A stretch of DNA of 64,000 nucleotides from an uncultured cyanobacterium. Lineage in GTDB: Bacteria; Cyanobacteriota; Vampirovibrionia; Gastranaerophilales; Gastranaerophilaceae. Below are positions 9,256-19,508 of this stretch, one piece after another (position 1 is the first letter of the stretch; each line of letters begins with the position of its first letter). Position numbers and translations under genes: made by a program. The notes below the pieces were generated by a model. That model was given only the letters and a program-made list of their open reading frames with translations, was not told where the DNA came from and did not search any database. The DNA lies in assembly GCA_902495705.1 (NCBI GenBank), contig CABUXT010000008.1, forward strand, positions 2,247 to 66,246, written 5' to 3'.

Positions 9256-10305
9256 ATGATTATAATTATGGAACGAGATGCAACAGCTGACAATGTTCAA
9301 GCTGTTACAAGTTTATTAAAAGAACACGGTTTTAAAGTAATTGTGCACGAAGGTGATGTGCACACCGTTATTGATGCATTAGGAGACAAAACAACACTGT
9401 CTCCAAGCAGAATTGATGCAATGGACGGTGTAAAGCAAATCAAATTTATCCGCGAACCTTTTAGACTTGCATCTCGCGATAGAAAATCCGAAGACACAGT
9501 TATTGAGTTTCCAAACGGTGTAAAAGTCGGCGGAGCGAACAGACCTGTCTTTATGGTAGGACCTTGTTCTGTTGAAGAAGACTACGATGGACTTTTGCAA
9601 GTTGCGCTTGCAGCAAAAGAATTAGGTTGTCAATTTTTGCGCGGAGGTGCATTCAAACCAAGAACCTCACCTTATGATTTTGACGGACTCGGCGAAAAAG
9701 CTCTTAAATATTTGGCACAAGCAAGAGAGGCTACAAGTTTGCTAGTTGTAACAGAACTTATGGACGTTGAAGATTTGGATTTGGTTTGCGATTATGCTGA
9801 CGTTATCCAAGTCGGAGCAAGAAATATGCAAAACTTCCGCTTGCTTAAAGCTGTTGGTAAATGCAACAAACCTGTCGTATTAAAACGCGGACCTGCAAGC
9901 ACTATTAGAGAATTTTTACTGGCAGCAGAACACATTATGTATAACGGAAATGAAAAAGTTATCCTATGCGAACGCGGTTTGAAAAGTTTTGATAATGCAT
10001 TTACAAGAAATGTCCTTGATATTGCAGCCATTCCGGTTATCAAAAAATATTCTCACCTTCCGATTATTGTTGACCCAAGCCATGGCACAGGTCAACGTTA
10101 CCTGATTGAACCAATGGCAAAAGCAGGTTTGGTCGCAGGGGCAGACGGCGTGATGGTTGAAGTTCATCACAATCCGTCTTGTGCTTTGAGTGATGGTAAA
10201 CAAAGTTTATCAATTCCGCAATTTAAAGAAGTTTTCTCAAGATTAAACAAAATGATTGATGTTCTACATCTTGAAAAAAGCACAACTTTATCTTGTGTAG
10301 AATAA
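9256..10305 (+). CDS. aroF: 3-deoxy-7-phosphoheptulonate (DAHP) synthase, type I-beta with N-terminal regulatory domain
   Basis: A ~70-aa ferredoxin-like N-terminal domain (MIIIMERDAT..., like Thermotoga DAHPS), then the KDSA/DAHPS core (GPCSVE, RGGAFKPRTSPY, DPSH). Confidence 0.9.
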   Translation: MIIIMERDATADNVQAVTSLLKEHGFKVIVHEGDVHTVIDALGDKTTLSPSRIDAMDGVKQIKFIREPFRLASRDRKSEDTVIEFPNGVKVGGANRPVFMVGPCSVEEDYDGLLQVALAAKELGCQFLRGGAFKPRTSPYDFDGLGEKALKYLAQAREATSLLVVTELMDVEDLDLVCDYADVIQVGARNMQNFRLLKAVGKCNKPVVLKRGPASTIREFLLAAEHIMYNGNEKVILCERGLKSFDNAFTRNVLDIAAIPVIKKYSHLPIIVDPSHGTGQRYLIEPMAKAGLVAGADGVMVEVHHNPSCALSDGKQSLSIPQFKEVFSRLNKMIDVLHLEKSTTLSCVE

Positions 10306-10333
10306 GAATATTAACAAATATTAAGAAGATAAA

Positions 10334-10370
10334 ATGCTCAAATTTGCTGTTATTTGGGCATTTTTCTTTT
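10334..10370 (+). terminator. intrinsic terminator after aroF
   Basis: ATGCTCAAAT-ttgctgtt-ATTTGGGCAT (one G.U pair) followed by TTTTCTTTT. Confidence 0.7.
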
Positions 10371-10452
10371 TACATATAAAAAACAAAAGCAATTTTTCCT
10401 TCCAAAAATACTTTATAAATACATAGGTAAAAAGTGGAAAGGAAAATGTATT

Positions 10453-10872
10453 ATGTCAGATTTTTATGGAGTAGGCTTGGTAGGCGTGCCTTATAACGCA
10501 ATTAAACCAAATTACAGTCACAGAACAGAAAAATACGTTTTTGTTGACAATTCAATTATGAACCACCCTCGCAAAGAAGAAAAATCAAACACAGGCGCTA
10601 AAGTTGCAGCAAGTGCAGTCGGTTTGATTGCTGCAGGTGTTTTAGCTTATGTATTTAGAGGCAAAATCAAAGGTGCTGCTCCAAAAGTAGCTGAATTTGC
10701 AAAAGATGCTTGGAAAAATTGCAAAGATTTTGCTCAAAAAGGCTATGGCAAAGTAAAACCTTATATCGACAAAGCTTTGACTAAAGGTAAAGAAGTGATT
10801 GATAAAGGTGTAAGTGTTGCTAAACCTTATGTAGATAAAACAATTAACTTCTTCAAAAATTTAGTAAAATAA
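10453..10872 (+). CDS. single-pass membrane protein with Lys-rich amphipathic C-terminus
   Basis: ATG at 10453 after GGAAAGG. TM VAASAVGLIAAGVLAYVF. Repeated KPY(I/V)DK motif. The track's start at 10354 lies inside the aroF terminator. Confidence 0.55.
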   Translation: MSDFYGVGLVGVPYNAIKPNYSHRTEKYVFVDNSIMNHPRKEEKSNTGAKVAASAVGLIAAGVLAYVFRGKIKGAAPKVAEFAKDAWKNCKDFAQKGYGKVKPYIDKALTKGKEVIDKGVSVAKPYVDKTINFFKNLVK

Positions 10873-10877
10873 TCCTA

Positions 10878-11639
10878 TTAAATTTCTTTCTGAAACATCA
10901 ATTGGCGTTTTGACTTAATCTCTTTTATCTGTTCAAGATAATTAGCGTTAGTTAAATCGCCAATTGTTTTGTACAATTTCAAAATACTATTTTGAATGTT
11001 CTCAGAATTCATCTGAATCATATCATTTGCCATTTCAACATTAGACATTGCAAGGCGTGTCATATCGCGAAATCCTGATGATGCCATCTCTAGTGCCAAT
11101 TCATTATCTTGTGCGGTTTTAAATATAGCTTGAGCAATAAGCATTGGCATGTGTGAAATAAGTGCTGCTGCCTCGTCATGTTTTTCAGGAGTTGTTATAA
11201 TAGGTTTTGCACCCATTTGTTCAATCAATTCAACCAAAGTTTCGTCTTTGCCAAATACAGGAGTTATCACCCATTTTGCCCCTTTAAAAAGTCCTGAAAA
11301 AGAATTTTCAAACCCTTGAAACTCTGTTCCTGCCATCGGATGAGACGGTACAAATTTATACGGTCTTTTCTTTTTGCAAACAAAACTTTTTAAAGAACAT
11401 ACATCTGTAACTACAGTGTCAGGCAGCAAAATTTCTTCTAATTTATCCAAAATTTCCAAAGTTTTGTTCATCGCAGAACACACAAAAACGATATCGCAAG
11501 TTTTTAAAATATCATAAGTTTTGTAGATATTTTCACCACTTTGCGATTGCGAAACTCCAATGACATCATAATTCAATTTTGTCAAATCTTTGAATATTGA
11601 ACCGCCAATCAAGCCTAAACCGACAATACCGATTTTCAT
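10878..11639 (-). CDS. tyrA: prephenate dehydrogenase
   Basis: N-terminal Rossmann IGIVGLGLIGGS and an SHPMAG catalytic motif. Confidence 0.88.
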   Translation of the reverse strand: MKIGIVGLGLIGGSIFKDLTKLNYDVIGVSQSQSGENIYKTYDILKTCDIVFVCSAMNKTLEILDKLEEILLPDTVVTDVCSLKSFVCKKKRPYKFVPSHPMAGTEFQGFENSFSGLFKGAKWVITPVFGKDETLVELIEQMGAKPIITTPEKHDEAAALISHMPMLIAQAIFKTAQDNELALEMASSGFRDMTRLAMSNVEMANDMIQMNSENIQNSILKLYKTIGDLTNANYLEQIKEIKSKRQLMFQKEI

Positions 11640-11656
11640 ATTTTATCTCCTGAAAA

Positions 11657-12913
11657 TTATGCCAAATCCTTGTGATGGAAATGTTTTTCACCTTTTACAT
11701 ATTCATCAACAATATGACCGTTTCCGCGAAGTTTATATTTATAAATCGTCAAACCTTCTAAGCCGACAGGACCTCTGGCATGAGTTTTGTTTGTAGAAAT
11801 TCCGACTTCTGCCCCAAAGCCGTATCTGAAACCGTCTGCAAAACGAGTTGATGCATTAAAATACACACCTGCTGAATCTACTTTGTTCATAAATTTTTCA
11901 GCATTTTCAATATCTTTTGTAATAATACTGTCCGTATGTCCTGAACCGTAAGTGTTTATATGTTCAATCGCCTCATCAACAGAGTCAACAAATTTGTAGG
12001 ATAAAATTTTATCCCCATACTCCGTAGACCAAGAGTCAGGATTTGAAACCAATTTAATTTCAGAAAGTTGAAGTGATGCCAATAATTCATCTGCTTTAGG
12101 AAAATCTTTGTGAATTAAAAGTGTTTCAACAGCATTACATGCGCTTGGGTATTGAGTTTTCGCATCAACAATAACACGTGATGCCATATCAATATCGGCA
12201 GATTTATCGACAAATATGTGACAAATTCCGCTGGCATGACCCAAGACAGGAATACTTGTGTTTGCTTTGATATATTTAACCAAATTGTTTCCGCCACGTG
12301 GAATAATCAAATTTATGTAATTGTCGCATTTGAGCATTTGTGCAACATCATCTCGAGAAAATACCTGCTGAACAACATTTTTCGGAAATTCAGGAACTTG
12401 CGACAAAGCGTCATTAATTACTTCCAAAATCTTTTTATTTGTATTTTTAGATTCTTTTCCGCCTTTTAAAATTACAGCGTTAGATGATTTTATGGCAAGA
12501 GATGAAATCTGAGAAATAACATCAGGTCTTGCCTCAAAAATTATCCCAAGAACGCCGATTGGGCAAGAAACTTTGTATAAAGTAAGTCCTTCATCCAATT
12601 CGCGCACAAATAAATTTTTGCCGATTGGGTCGTCGAGATTTGCGATATCGCGCACCCCTTGAATCATATCACGCATTTTATTTTCGTCTAACTTTAAGCG
12701 ATTGAAGGTAGATTTTGTGATTTCGCCATTTTCAACCAAACTTTCAGCCTCAGACAAATCTTTTTTGTTAGCCTCAAAGATTTCAGCCTTATGGATTTCA
12801 AACATATCCGCAATTTTATTTAGTGCAGTATTTTTTATTTCAGTTTTCAAATCTGCAATTTTTAAAGATGCATCTTTTGCAGCTTTTGCAATTTCTATAA
12901 AATTTTGTTCCAT
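11657..12913 (-). CDS. proA: gamma-glutamyl phosphate reductase
   Basis: 418 aa. C-terminus NASTRFADGFRYGFGAEVGISTNKTHARGPVGLEGLT is typical ProA. Confidence 0.96.
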   Translation of the reverse strand: MEQNFIEIAKAAKDASLKIADLKTEIKNTALNKIADMFEIHKAEIFEANKKDLSEAESLVENGEITKSTFNRLKLDENKMRDMIQGVRDIANLDDPIGKNLFVRELDEGLTLYKVSCPIGVLGIIFEARPDVISQISSLAIKSSNAVILKGGKESKNTNKKILEVINDALSQVPEFPKNVVQQVFSRDDVAQMLKCDNYINLIIPRGGNNLVKYIKANTSIPVLGHASGICHIFVDKSADIDMASRVIVDAKTQYPSACNAVETLLIHKDFPKADELLASLQLSEIKLVSNPDSWSTEYGDKILSYKFVDSVDEAIEHINTYGSGHTDSIITKDIENAEKFMNKVDSAGVYFNASTRFADGFRYGFGAEVGISTNKTHARGPVGLEGLTIYKYKLRGNGHIVDEYVKGEKHFHHKDLA

Positions 12914-12926
12914 AATATCTCCAAAC

Positions 12927-14075
12927 CTATAAAATAGTAATATTATCTCGTGTTATGATTGCATCATAGTTTTTGAATCCAAGAATTTCTGCAATGTTAT
13001 CAGAATGTCTGCCGATAACTTTTTTGCAAGAATCAGAATCATAATTGACAATTCCGCGCGCAAATTCTTGTTTATTTTCATCAAGAATTGAAATTACATC
13101 ACCTTTTTTGAATGTGTTTTTAACACCGACAACACCGATTGGCAGCAAACTTTTTTCCTCTTGAATAAGTGCGTGTTTTGCTCCATCATTGACGATAATT
13201 TTTCCGATGATATTTGTTGCATAACCAATCCAGCGTTTTTTATCAGAAAGATTTTCGGTTGAAGGTAAAAACATAGTTCCTAAATCTTCACCGTCAAAAA
13301 TTCTTTTGATAATAAACGGTTGTTTGCCGTTTGCGATTAGAACTTTTCCGCCAAACCTTGTTACAAGACGAGCCGCTTTTAATTTTGTTTCCATTCCGCC
13401 ACGACCGCCATCAGAAACACCTGACGCCAATGCCATAATTTTATCATTAACTTCTTCAACCGATTTGATTAATTTTGCATTAGGATTTGTTTTCGGATTA
13501 TCGTCATACAAACCGTCAATATCTGACAAAATTATCAATAAATCCGCATCGAGTTCACTTGCTACAAGGGCTGATAATTTGTCGTTATCAGAAAAACAAA
13601 CTTGCATATCTTCTTTGACATAACGTAAAGCAACATCCAATGTTGAAACTGTATCGTTTTGGTTAATTACAGGGATTGTGCCAAGTTCAAGCAATTTGTT
13701 GAGGGTTGTTCTCAAACTCAAATATCTTTCACGAACAGAAAAGTCATCTTCTGTAAGTAAGATTTGTGCAGCAGTCAAACCGTAAGTGTCAAAACCGTTT
13801 TCATAAATTGACATCAATTTACCTTGCCCAATAGCTGCACATGCCTGTTTTAGTGCTGTTCCTTGAGTATCTTCCAAGTCCAAACGCTTTTTCCCAAGAC
13901 CCACTGCACCGGATGTTACAACAATCACTTCTTTTCCTGATTTTACAAGAGTTGCGATATCTTCAATAAATGTATAAACTCTCGGTAACGATACATAGCC
14001 TTCATCGTTTCGCAAAACATTTGTACCAAGTTTGATTACAATACGTTTTGCCTTTATAAATTCACGTCTGTCCAC
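12927..14075 (-). CDS. proB: glutamate 5-kinase (with PUA domain)
   Basis: IVIKLGTNVL and SGAVGLG amino-acid-kinase motifs plus a C-terminal PUA-like domain. Directly upstream of proA. Confidence 0.95.
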   Translation of the reverse strand: MDRREFIKAKRIVIKLGTNVLRNDEGYVSLPRVYTFIEDIATLVKSGKEVIVVTSGAVGLGKKRLDLEDTQGTALKQACAAIGQGKLMSIYENGFDTYGLTAAQILLTEDDFSVRERYLSLRTTLNKLLELGTIPVINQNDTVSTLDVALRYVKEDMQVCFSDNDKLSALVASELDADLLIILSDIDGLYDDNPKTNPNAKLIKSVEEVNDKIMALASGVSDGGRGGMETKLKAARLVTRFGGKVLIANGKQPFIIKRIFDGEDLGTMFLPSTENLSDKKRWIGYATNIIGKIIVNDGAKHALIQEEKSLLPIGVVGVKNTFKKGDVISILDENKQEFARGIVNYDSDSCKKVIGRHSDNIAEILGFKNYDAIITRDNITIL

Positions 14076-14084
14076 TTTAAAAAC

Positions 14085-14702
14085 CTACTCTCTAACTTTA
14101 TTCTCTCTGCCTTCTTTTAATCTTTTGATATTTTCTCTATGTAGGTATATCACATAAATTGCAGCAATCAAGGCATAAACGATATATGCAACAGGAGCGT
14201 TCAAAAACCACATAATCAAAGGTGAAAGTGCCAAGGCAACGATTGACCCGAGTGACACATATTTAGAAACCCAAGTGACAATTCCCCAAACTGCAGCAAT
14301 AATTAAACCTGCTTGCCAGTTCAAAGCCATCAATGTTCCAACACCTGTTGCAACAGATTTGCCACCTGTAAAGTTTAAATATATTGATTTGCTGTGTCCT
14401 AAAATTGCACAAACCGCAGCCAAGACAGGCATTACACCCAAATGCGCCAACGCAGTTGCATACAACGCACTCAAAACTACAGGCAAAGCACCTTTCAGTG
14501 CGTCTAACAACATTACGATAAAGAACCATTTTTTGCCCATTACACGTTTAACGTTTGTTGCACCTGTTGAACCTGAACCGATAGTTCTGATATCTTGTCC
14601 TGTGAATAATTTAACAATAATATAACCTGTTGGAATAGAGCCGATAAGGTATGATATACCGCCAACAAGTACAATTTGTCTCAATATTTCTGCATAATCC
14701 AT
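14085..14702 (-). CDS. plsY: glycerol-3-phosphate acyltransferase PlsY
   Basis: GSIPTGYII...DIRTIGSGSTGATNVKRVMG motif. Start moved to the ATG at 14702 with a GGAGA SD. Confidence 0.92.
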   Translation of the reverse strand: MDYAEILRQIVLVGGISYLIGSIPTGYIIVKLFTGQDIRTIGSGSTGATNVKRVMGKKWFFIVMLLDALKGALPVVLSALYATALAHLGVMPVLAAVCAILGHSKSIYLNFTGGKSVATGVGTLMALNWQAGLIIAAVWGIVTWVSKYVSLGSIVALALSPLIMWFLNAPVAYIVYALIAAIYVIYLHRENIKRLKEGRENKVRE

Positions 14703-14765
14703 TAATTTATTCTCCAAATCTTTTCCACGAGGGTAATTATACCATATCAAAAGCAGTATTTCAAT

Positions 14766-15659
14766 TTATAAAATCATCTTAAAAGCTAAGTTTTCTACAA
14801 CTGCCATAAGCCCCATTGCAGGAGTTAGAGAAATTTGAGATTTCGCATCTTCGACAAACTTCATATCACGCATCAAACGGTAGAAAAGTTGTTTATTTTC
14901 AGAATTTGCTTTCATTGTTGCTAGCATATAATTTTGGATTTGGGTAAAGATTTCCATCGGCTCATTTTCTGACATCAATTTTAACAAATTATTTTCAAAA
15001 TCTAAAACTTTGCCGCGTTCAATTTGCCAATAATTTGAAATAACAGATTCCACCAAATCATAAGCGTAATCTTCTTCCAGTTTTGATGGCACAAAAAATG
15101 ACTGCGCCCTTGAAACAACCGTCGAAATTATATCGGTTTTGTCATTAGTCAAAAAGATAAATGTTGTATTTTTAGGCGGTTCTTCAAAAGTTTTTAATAA
15201 CGCATTTGAAGTTGCTTCAGGAAAATTAACCTGATTTAGCGGTAAAAGATTGCCGTCTTCATCCCTATCACAAAATATATAAACCCTATGATAATCACTT
15301 GTTACCGCAAGCTCATTAATAATAGCTTTTGCTTGGTTTATGTTTATATTTTTTTTGCCTTTTGTCGAATCATCATCTTCTGCGCCGTCTTTAAAATCAA
15401 GTCTTGTATAAATTTTAACGGCAGGATGAGTTTGCTCTTTTATCCAACGACAATTTAAACAGTCACAAGATTCCGCGCCATCTTTTGAACAGTTCAACAA
15501 ACGCGCAACTTCAAGAGCCAATTCGCATTGAGACTTTATATCAGGTCCCCAAAACAAAAGACAGTGGCTGATATTTTTATCTTCATCATGGATACCGTTT
15601 TCAAAATATTTTAAAAGTTTTGGATATTTTTGAGAAATTTCATCATTGTAATATAGCAT
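14766..15659 (-). CDS. holB: DNA polymerase III subunit delta prime
   Basis: HCLLFWGP, a Cys cluster CDCLNCRW, and NALLKTFEEPPKNTTFIFLT clamp-loader motifs. Confidence 0.85.
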   Translation of the reverse strand: MLYYNDEISQKYPKLLKYFENGIHDEDKNISHCLLFWGPDIKSQCELALEVARLLNCSKDGAESCDCLNCRWIKEQTHPAVKIYTRLDFKDGAEDDDSTKGKKNININQAKAIINELAVTSDYHRVYIFCDRDEDGNLLPLNQVNFPEATSNALLKTFEEPPKNTTFIFLTNDKTDIISTVVSRAQSFFVPSKLEEDYAYDLVESVISNYWQIERGKVLDFENNLLKLMSENEPMEIFTQIQNYMLATMKANSENKQLFYRLMRDMKFVEDAKSQISLTPAMGLMAVVENLAFKMIL

Positions 15660-16611
15660 ATTCCACCTCTCTATCTATATCCAAAGTTGATTGTCCAGAC
15701 TTAATTTTATATTCGGCATTTGTAATATTTTCTTTTAATTTTACAAGGTCTTTTAATGAAACATTTTTCATTTTTTGAACTTCTAATTTAACCCTATATG
15801 GGTGCATATTGATGATTTTTGCAATTTCATCAGGGGAAAGTTTTGCACTGTTTGCTTTTATTTGGATTTTGCCATGCAAAATTGTATGCAATACTGATAA
15901 AATTTCTAATGGGTGTTTTTTCATCAAGAGTTTTTGGTATTCTTCAAGTGCTTTTGCCTTTTTGCCACCAACCAAATAATCAATAAAGACAAACAAATCT
16001 TCATTTGTCACACAAATTTCTTGAATCATATCTTTTGTTACAGGTTTATCACCTGCAAAAATTTTCAATTTTTCAAGTTCTGAATCCAAAAGTCTTAAAT
16101 TTGCACCAACTTGAATCAACATCGCAGCAGCAACTTCATCGGTTATTTTTAAATCTTTGGTTTTACCTTGCTGTTTTATCCAAGATTCTAACTCTGCGGT
16201 TTTGAATGACGGAATTTGCGGAAACTCTTTTGAATTATATTTTGCTAATAATTTGAAAAACTTTTTTCGTTTGTCGATTTTTTTCTGACTATCAGGCGGA
16301 ATTTGCGCCACAAAAATTACATCCAAATTTTCACTGCAAGAATCAAGCGCCTCTGTGATTTGTGCAATTTGTTTATCATCAAAACTTTTATCTTCTGATT
16401 TTCCGCTCAAATAAGACAGACAATTTATTTCAATAAGCATTTTGCCAAACATCATAGGCTGAGTTTTTAGTGCTGCGACCAAATCAGGAAATTTTGGATT
16501 GTTAAAATGTTTATAACTCATTTCAATGAAATTTTTATCAAGTTTATCTTTGAACTTTTTGATTTCATTAGAAATGTTAAATTCTTCATCCCCATAGAAA
16601 AAGTAAATCAT
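15643..16611 (-). CDS. holA: DNA polymerase III subunit delta
   Basis: 322 aa with MIYFFYGDEEF N-terminus typical of HolA. Overlaps holB by 17 nt. Confidence 0.8.
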   Translation of the reverse strand: MIYFFYGDEEFNISNEIKKFKDKLDKNFIEMSYKHFNNPKFPDLVAALKTQPMMFGKMLIEINCLSYLSGKSEDKSFDDKQIAQITEALDSCSENLDVIFVAQIPPDSQKKIDKRKKFFKLLAKYNSKEFPQIPSFKTAELESWIKQQGKTKDLKITDEVAAAMLIQVGANLRLLDSELEKLKIFAGDKPVTKDMIQEICVTNEDLFVFIDYLVGGKKAKALEEYQKLLMKKHPLEILSVLHTILHGKIQIKANSAKLSPDEIAKIINMHPYRVKLEVQKMKNVSLKDLVKLKENITNAEYKIKSGQSTLDIDREVEYAILQ

Positions 16612-16704
16612 ACCGATATTTTATTAAAAAGGTGGATAAAAGTAAATAATGATTTTCATGCACGCCGAGAGTTTTTGACTATAATTGAACACTTTGTTCT
16701 AAGT

Positions 16705-16781
16705 GTCACCCTGAACAGCAGGAGCAGAGTGCGCAACGAAGTGAAGTCACGTTTTATGCGACTGCGTAGTTTCAGAGTGAC
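16705..16781. repeat. hairpin repeat module A (GTCACCCTGAACAGCAGGAGCAGAGTGCG...TTCAGAGTGAC)
   Basis: Near-identical to 24499..24573. Inverted 11-nt ends. Lies between holA and the GNAT gene. Confidence 0.85.
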
Positions 16782-16833
16782 TTTGAGGTATTATTCAATG
16801 ACCTTAAACAGCTAGCCATCCTGCCATCTTTAA

Positions 16834-17382
16834 TCACTTTATAAAAAACAAATTTTCAAAAAATCTCAAAATCTTACTTTCACGAAATTTTATCGGCGGA
16901 TAATACATCGGAGTATTGCTAAAATCTTTATGAGTTGCATTTTTGTGCCTTTTAACAAATTTATCAAGCCTTTTATTTATCTCATTATCAGAGGTATTCA
17001 TTCCATATTTTTTATAAAAAACATGAGGAACTTTTTGAGGCAGCAAACCGGAACTTGCCATCAAATGAAACCTTCCGTTACAACCGATTGCTTTGCTATA
17101 CCTTTTGGCAAAATTAAGTAAAGAAGTGCCAAAGCCTTCGCCTGATTTTGTTGAATACAAAAAATCTATATATAATGATGGTACAAAATCTTGTTTATCA
17201 GTGCGCAAAATATGTTCTTTGAAACAGTACATTTCTCCATAATTTTGACAATCAGACTTAGTTGAAAAAATATTAAATTTTTCCAGTTTGTAACCATCTT
17301 TATAAACTTGACTATGATAAATTAATTTGTCAGGCAAATTGTATTTTATTGGAGGGTATTTTAAATGTGAAATATTTAGCAT
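16834..17382 (-). CDS. GNAT-family acetyltransferase-like protein, paralogue B
   Basis: GEGFGTSLLNFAKRYS matches acetyl-CoA motif A (Q/RxxGxG/A type). Paralogous to the upstream gene. ATG at 17382 preferred over the TTG at 17406. Confidence 0.6.
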   Translation of the reverse strand: MLNISHLKYPPIKYNLPDKLIYHSQVYKDGYKLEKFNIFSTKSDCQNYGEMYCFKEHILRTDKQDFVPSLYIDFLYSTKSGEGFGTSLLNFAKRYSKAIGCNGRFHLMASSGLLPQKVPHVFYKKYGMNTSDNEINKRLDKFVKRHKNATHKDFSNTPMYYPPIKFRESKILRFFENLFFIK

Positions 17383-17392
17383 TAATTTCTTT

Positions 17393-17962
17393 CTATAAGT
17401 ATTCAAAAAGTTCAGGAAATTTTACTTTGAAATCATAAAATTTATCGACATTTTTACCATCTTTATCGACATCTTTTATTTTAAACATCGTCATATCATA
17501 AACTCTGACATTGTCTTTCATCGGTAAATTTTTCTTTATACAATCATCTATTTTTTGAGCAGTAATTCCTGCAAGTTTTGTAAAATCAAATCCGATTTTT
17601 CTATAAAAAATATGAGGCGGTCTTTCTTTGTCATAATAACTTGATGCAGTCAAATGAACATTTCCAAGACACATATTTCTTTGACTTTCTTTTTGTGCGA
17701 TTTTCATAAACGCACTCCCAACGCCTTTGCCTCTATCATAAGAAAATAATTTTTTGACATAAAAAGATGGAATAAATTCGCCATCATCTGCATAAATTTT
17801 TCTCTCATTATCAAGCACATCCGAATAACCTTCCATATATCCGACATATTTACCTTCACGGTTAAACATTTTATATGCAAGGTTTTGAGTATTTTTATTT
17901 TTAGTTTGATATACAAAAGAATTTGTAAATTTCGGCTGTTTTAGGGGTGGAAATTTTAGCAT
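17393..17962 (-). CDS. GNAT-family acetyltransferase-like protein, paralogue A
   Basis: GKGVGSAFMKIAQKES motif A and PPHIFYRKIGF. ATG at 17962 preferred over the TTG at 17983. Confidence 0.6.
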   Translation of the reverse strand: MLKFPPLKQPKFTNSFVYQTKNKNTQNLAYKMFNREGKYVGYMEGYSDVLDNERKIYADDGEFIPSFYVKKLFSYDRGKGVGSAFMKIAQKESQRNMCLGNVHLTASSYYDKERPPHIFYRKIGFDFTKLAGITAQKIDDCIKKNLPMKDNVRVYDMTMFKIKDVDKDGKNVDKFYDFKVKFPELFEYL

Positions 17963-18098
17963 TACAAAAATATTAATACTCAAAAAAAATATTTTTTGCC
18001 TTTTTGTTAAAAAATAATAATATTCCGTCGGAAATATGATTTTGTATTATAATTATAGAAAGAAGTAGAGATAATATATAAATAGTAGGGATAAAGCT

Positions 18099-19508
18099 TT
18101 GAAAAAGAAATATCATTTTATCGCCATTGGCGGTGTGGGAATGAGCGGACTTGCAAAATACTTACTACAAAAAGGTTTTGAAGTTTCAGGCTCAGATATA
18201 AATGACAGTAAATATGTACAAAATGTAAAAAAACTTGGAGCAAAAGTTTTTATCGGTCACGATGAAAATAATGTTCCTGATGATTGTATTGTTGTTGCAA
18301 GTACAGCAATTCGAGATAACAATCCGGAAATCCAAAAAGCAAAGCGCTTATGTTTGCCGATTTGGCACCGTTCAGATTTGCTTGCAGAAATTTCTCAACA
18401 TGAAGAATATTTTATGGGATTTTCAGGTACTCACGGTAAAACAACAACCAGCGGACTATGTTCTTATGTCTTAGAAAAAGCAAACCTTAAGCCATCTTAT
18501 GTTGTCGGCGGAATGATTCCTGAACTTGACACAAATGCAAATGCAACAAATGACAAATTTTTCATTGCCGAACTTGATGAAAGCGATGGCACAATTGTAA
18601 AATATTCACCAAATTTGGTTGTCGTAAACAACTTAGAACCTGACCATTTGGATTTTTACAAAAACGGTTTGGAATCTATTTTGGAAACTTTTGAAACATT
18701 CCTTTCTAATATGAGAGAAAACGGAATTGTTATGGCAAATACCGATAACGAAGGTGTGAAAAGACTTGTTAAACATTTCACACAACATGAACTTGGGCAC
18801 AATGCTCACTTTGTGACTTATTCAATCGGCGGAAACACAGATTATTGTGCAAAAAATATCAACTATGCAGAAGATTTTACAACTTTTGATATTTTCTATA
18901 AAGGCGAACTTCAAACAACTTTGAAAATTTGTTTAAAAGGTGTTCACAATGTTTATAATTCACTTGCAGTTTGGGGAAGTTTGCACCAATCAGGTGTTGA
19001 TATGACTCTTGTAAATCCTCATTTTGCAACATTTACAGGTATGGGCAGAAGATTCCAAAAAGTTGGAGAATTTGACGGAATTTCTGTTTATGATGATTAC
19101 GCTCACCACCCAACAGAAATCAAGGCTACATTATCGTCTTCAAAATCTTTCAAAAACAGAAACGTAATCGCGGTATTCCAACCACACAGATACACAAGAT
19201 TGCAAAATCTTTGGAATGAATTTATGGGCGCATTTTCTGATGTTAATAGAGTTGTGGTGACTGATGTTTATGCAGCAAGTGAAGACCCTATTGAAGGGGT
19301 AAATTCAAAAGCTTTCACCGAAGAATTGAAAGAAAAAATTGACATTCCTTGCGAAAATATTTCAGGCAGTATTTCAGAAGTTGCCAAAAAACTTTTGCCT
19401 ACATTAAAATCAGGTGATATTGTTATCGGCTTAGGAGCAGGTACAATCACAAATCTTGGTAAAGAATTAATTGCATTAAGCAAGGAGAAGGCTCAAATTG
19501 GAAATTAA
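18099..19508 (+). CDS. murC: UDP-N-acetylmuramate--L-alanine ligase
   Basis: TTG start after TAGGGA SD. HFIAIGGVGMSGLA and GTHGKTTT Mur-ligase motifs. Confidence 0.96.
   Translation: MKKKYHFIAIGGVGMSGLAKYLLQKGFEVSGSDINDSKYVQNVKKLGAKVFIGHDENNVPDDCIVVASTAIRDNNPEIQKAKRLCLPIWHRSDLLAEISQHEEYFMGFSGTHGKTTTSGLCSYVLEKANLKPSYVVGGMIPELDTNANATNDKFFIAELDESDGTIVKYSPNLVVVNNLEPDHLDFYKNGLESILETFETFLSNMRENGIVMANTDNEGVKRLVKHFTQHELGHNAHFVTYSIGGNTDYCAKNINYAEDFTTFDIFYKGELQTTLKICLKGVHNVYNSLAVWGSLHQSGVDMTLVNPHFATFTGMGRRFQKVGEFDGISVYDDYAHHPTEIKATLSSSKSFKNRNVIAVFQPHRYTRLQNLWNEFMGAFSDVNRVVVTDVYAASEDPIEGVNSKAFTEELKEKIDIPCENISGSISEVAKKLLPTLKSGDIVIGLGAGTITNLGKELIALSKEKAQIGN

Noticed and set aside
10354-10452. Upstream start (10354) for the membrane protein gene
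   Set aside because: The extra 33 codons overlap the aroF terminator hairpin and T-run. The ATG at 10453 has a GGAAAGG SD.
16507-16815. ORF 16507..16815 (plus) as a gene
   Set aside because: It is antisense to the holA 5' end and then reads through repeat module A. It has no SD and no recognisable product.
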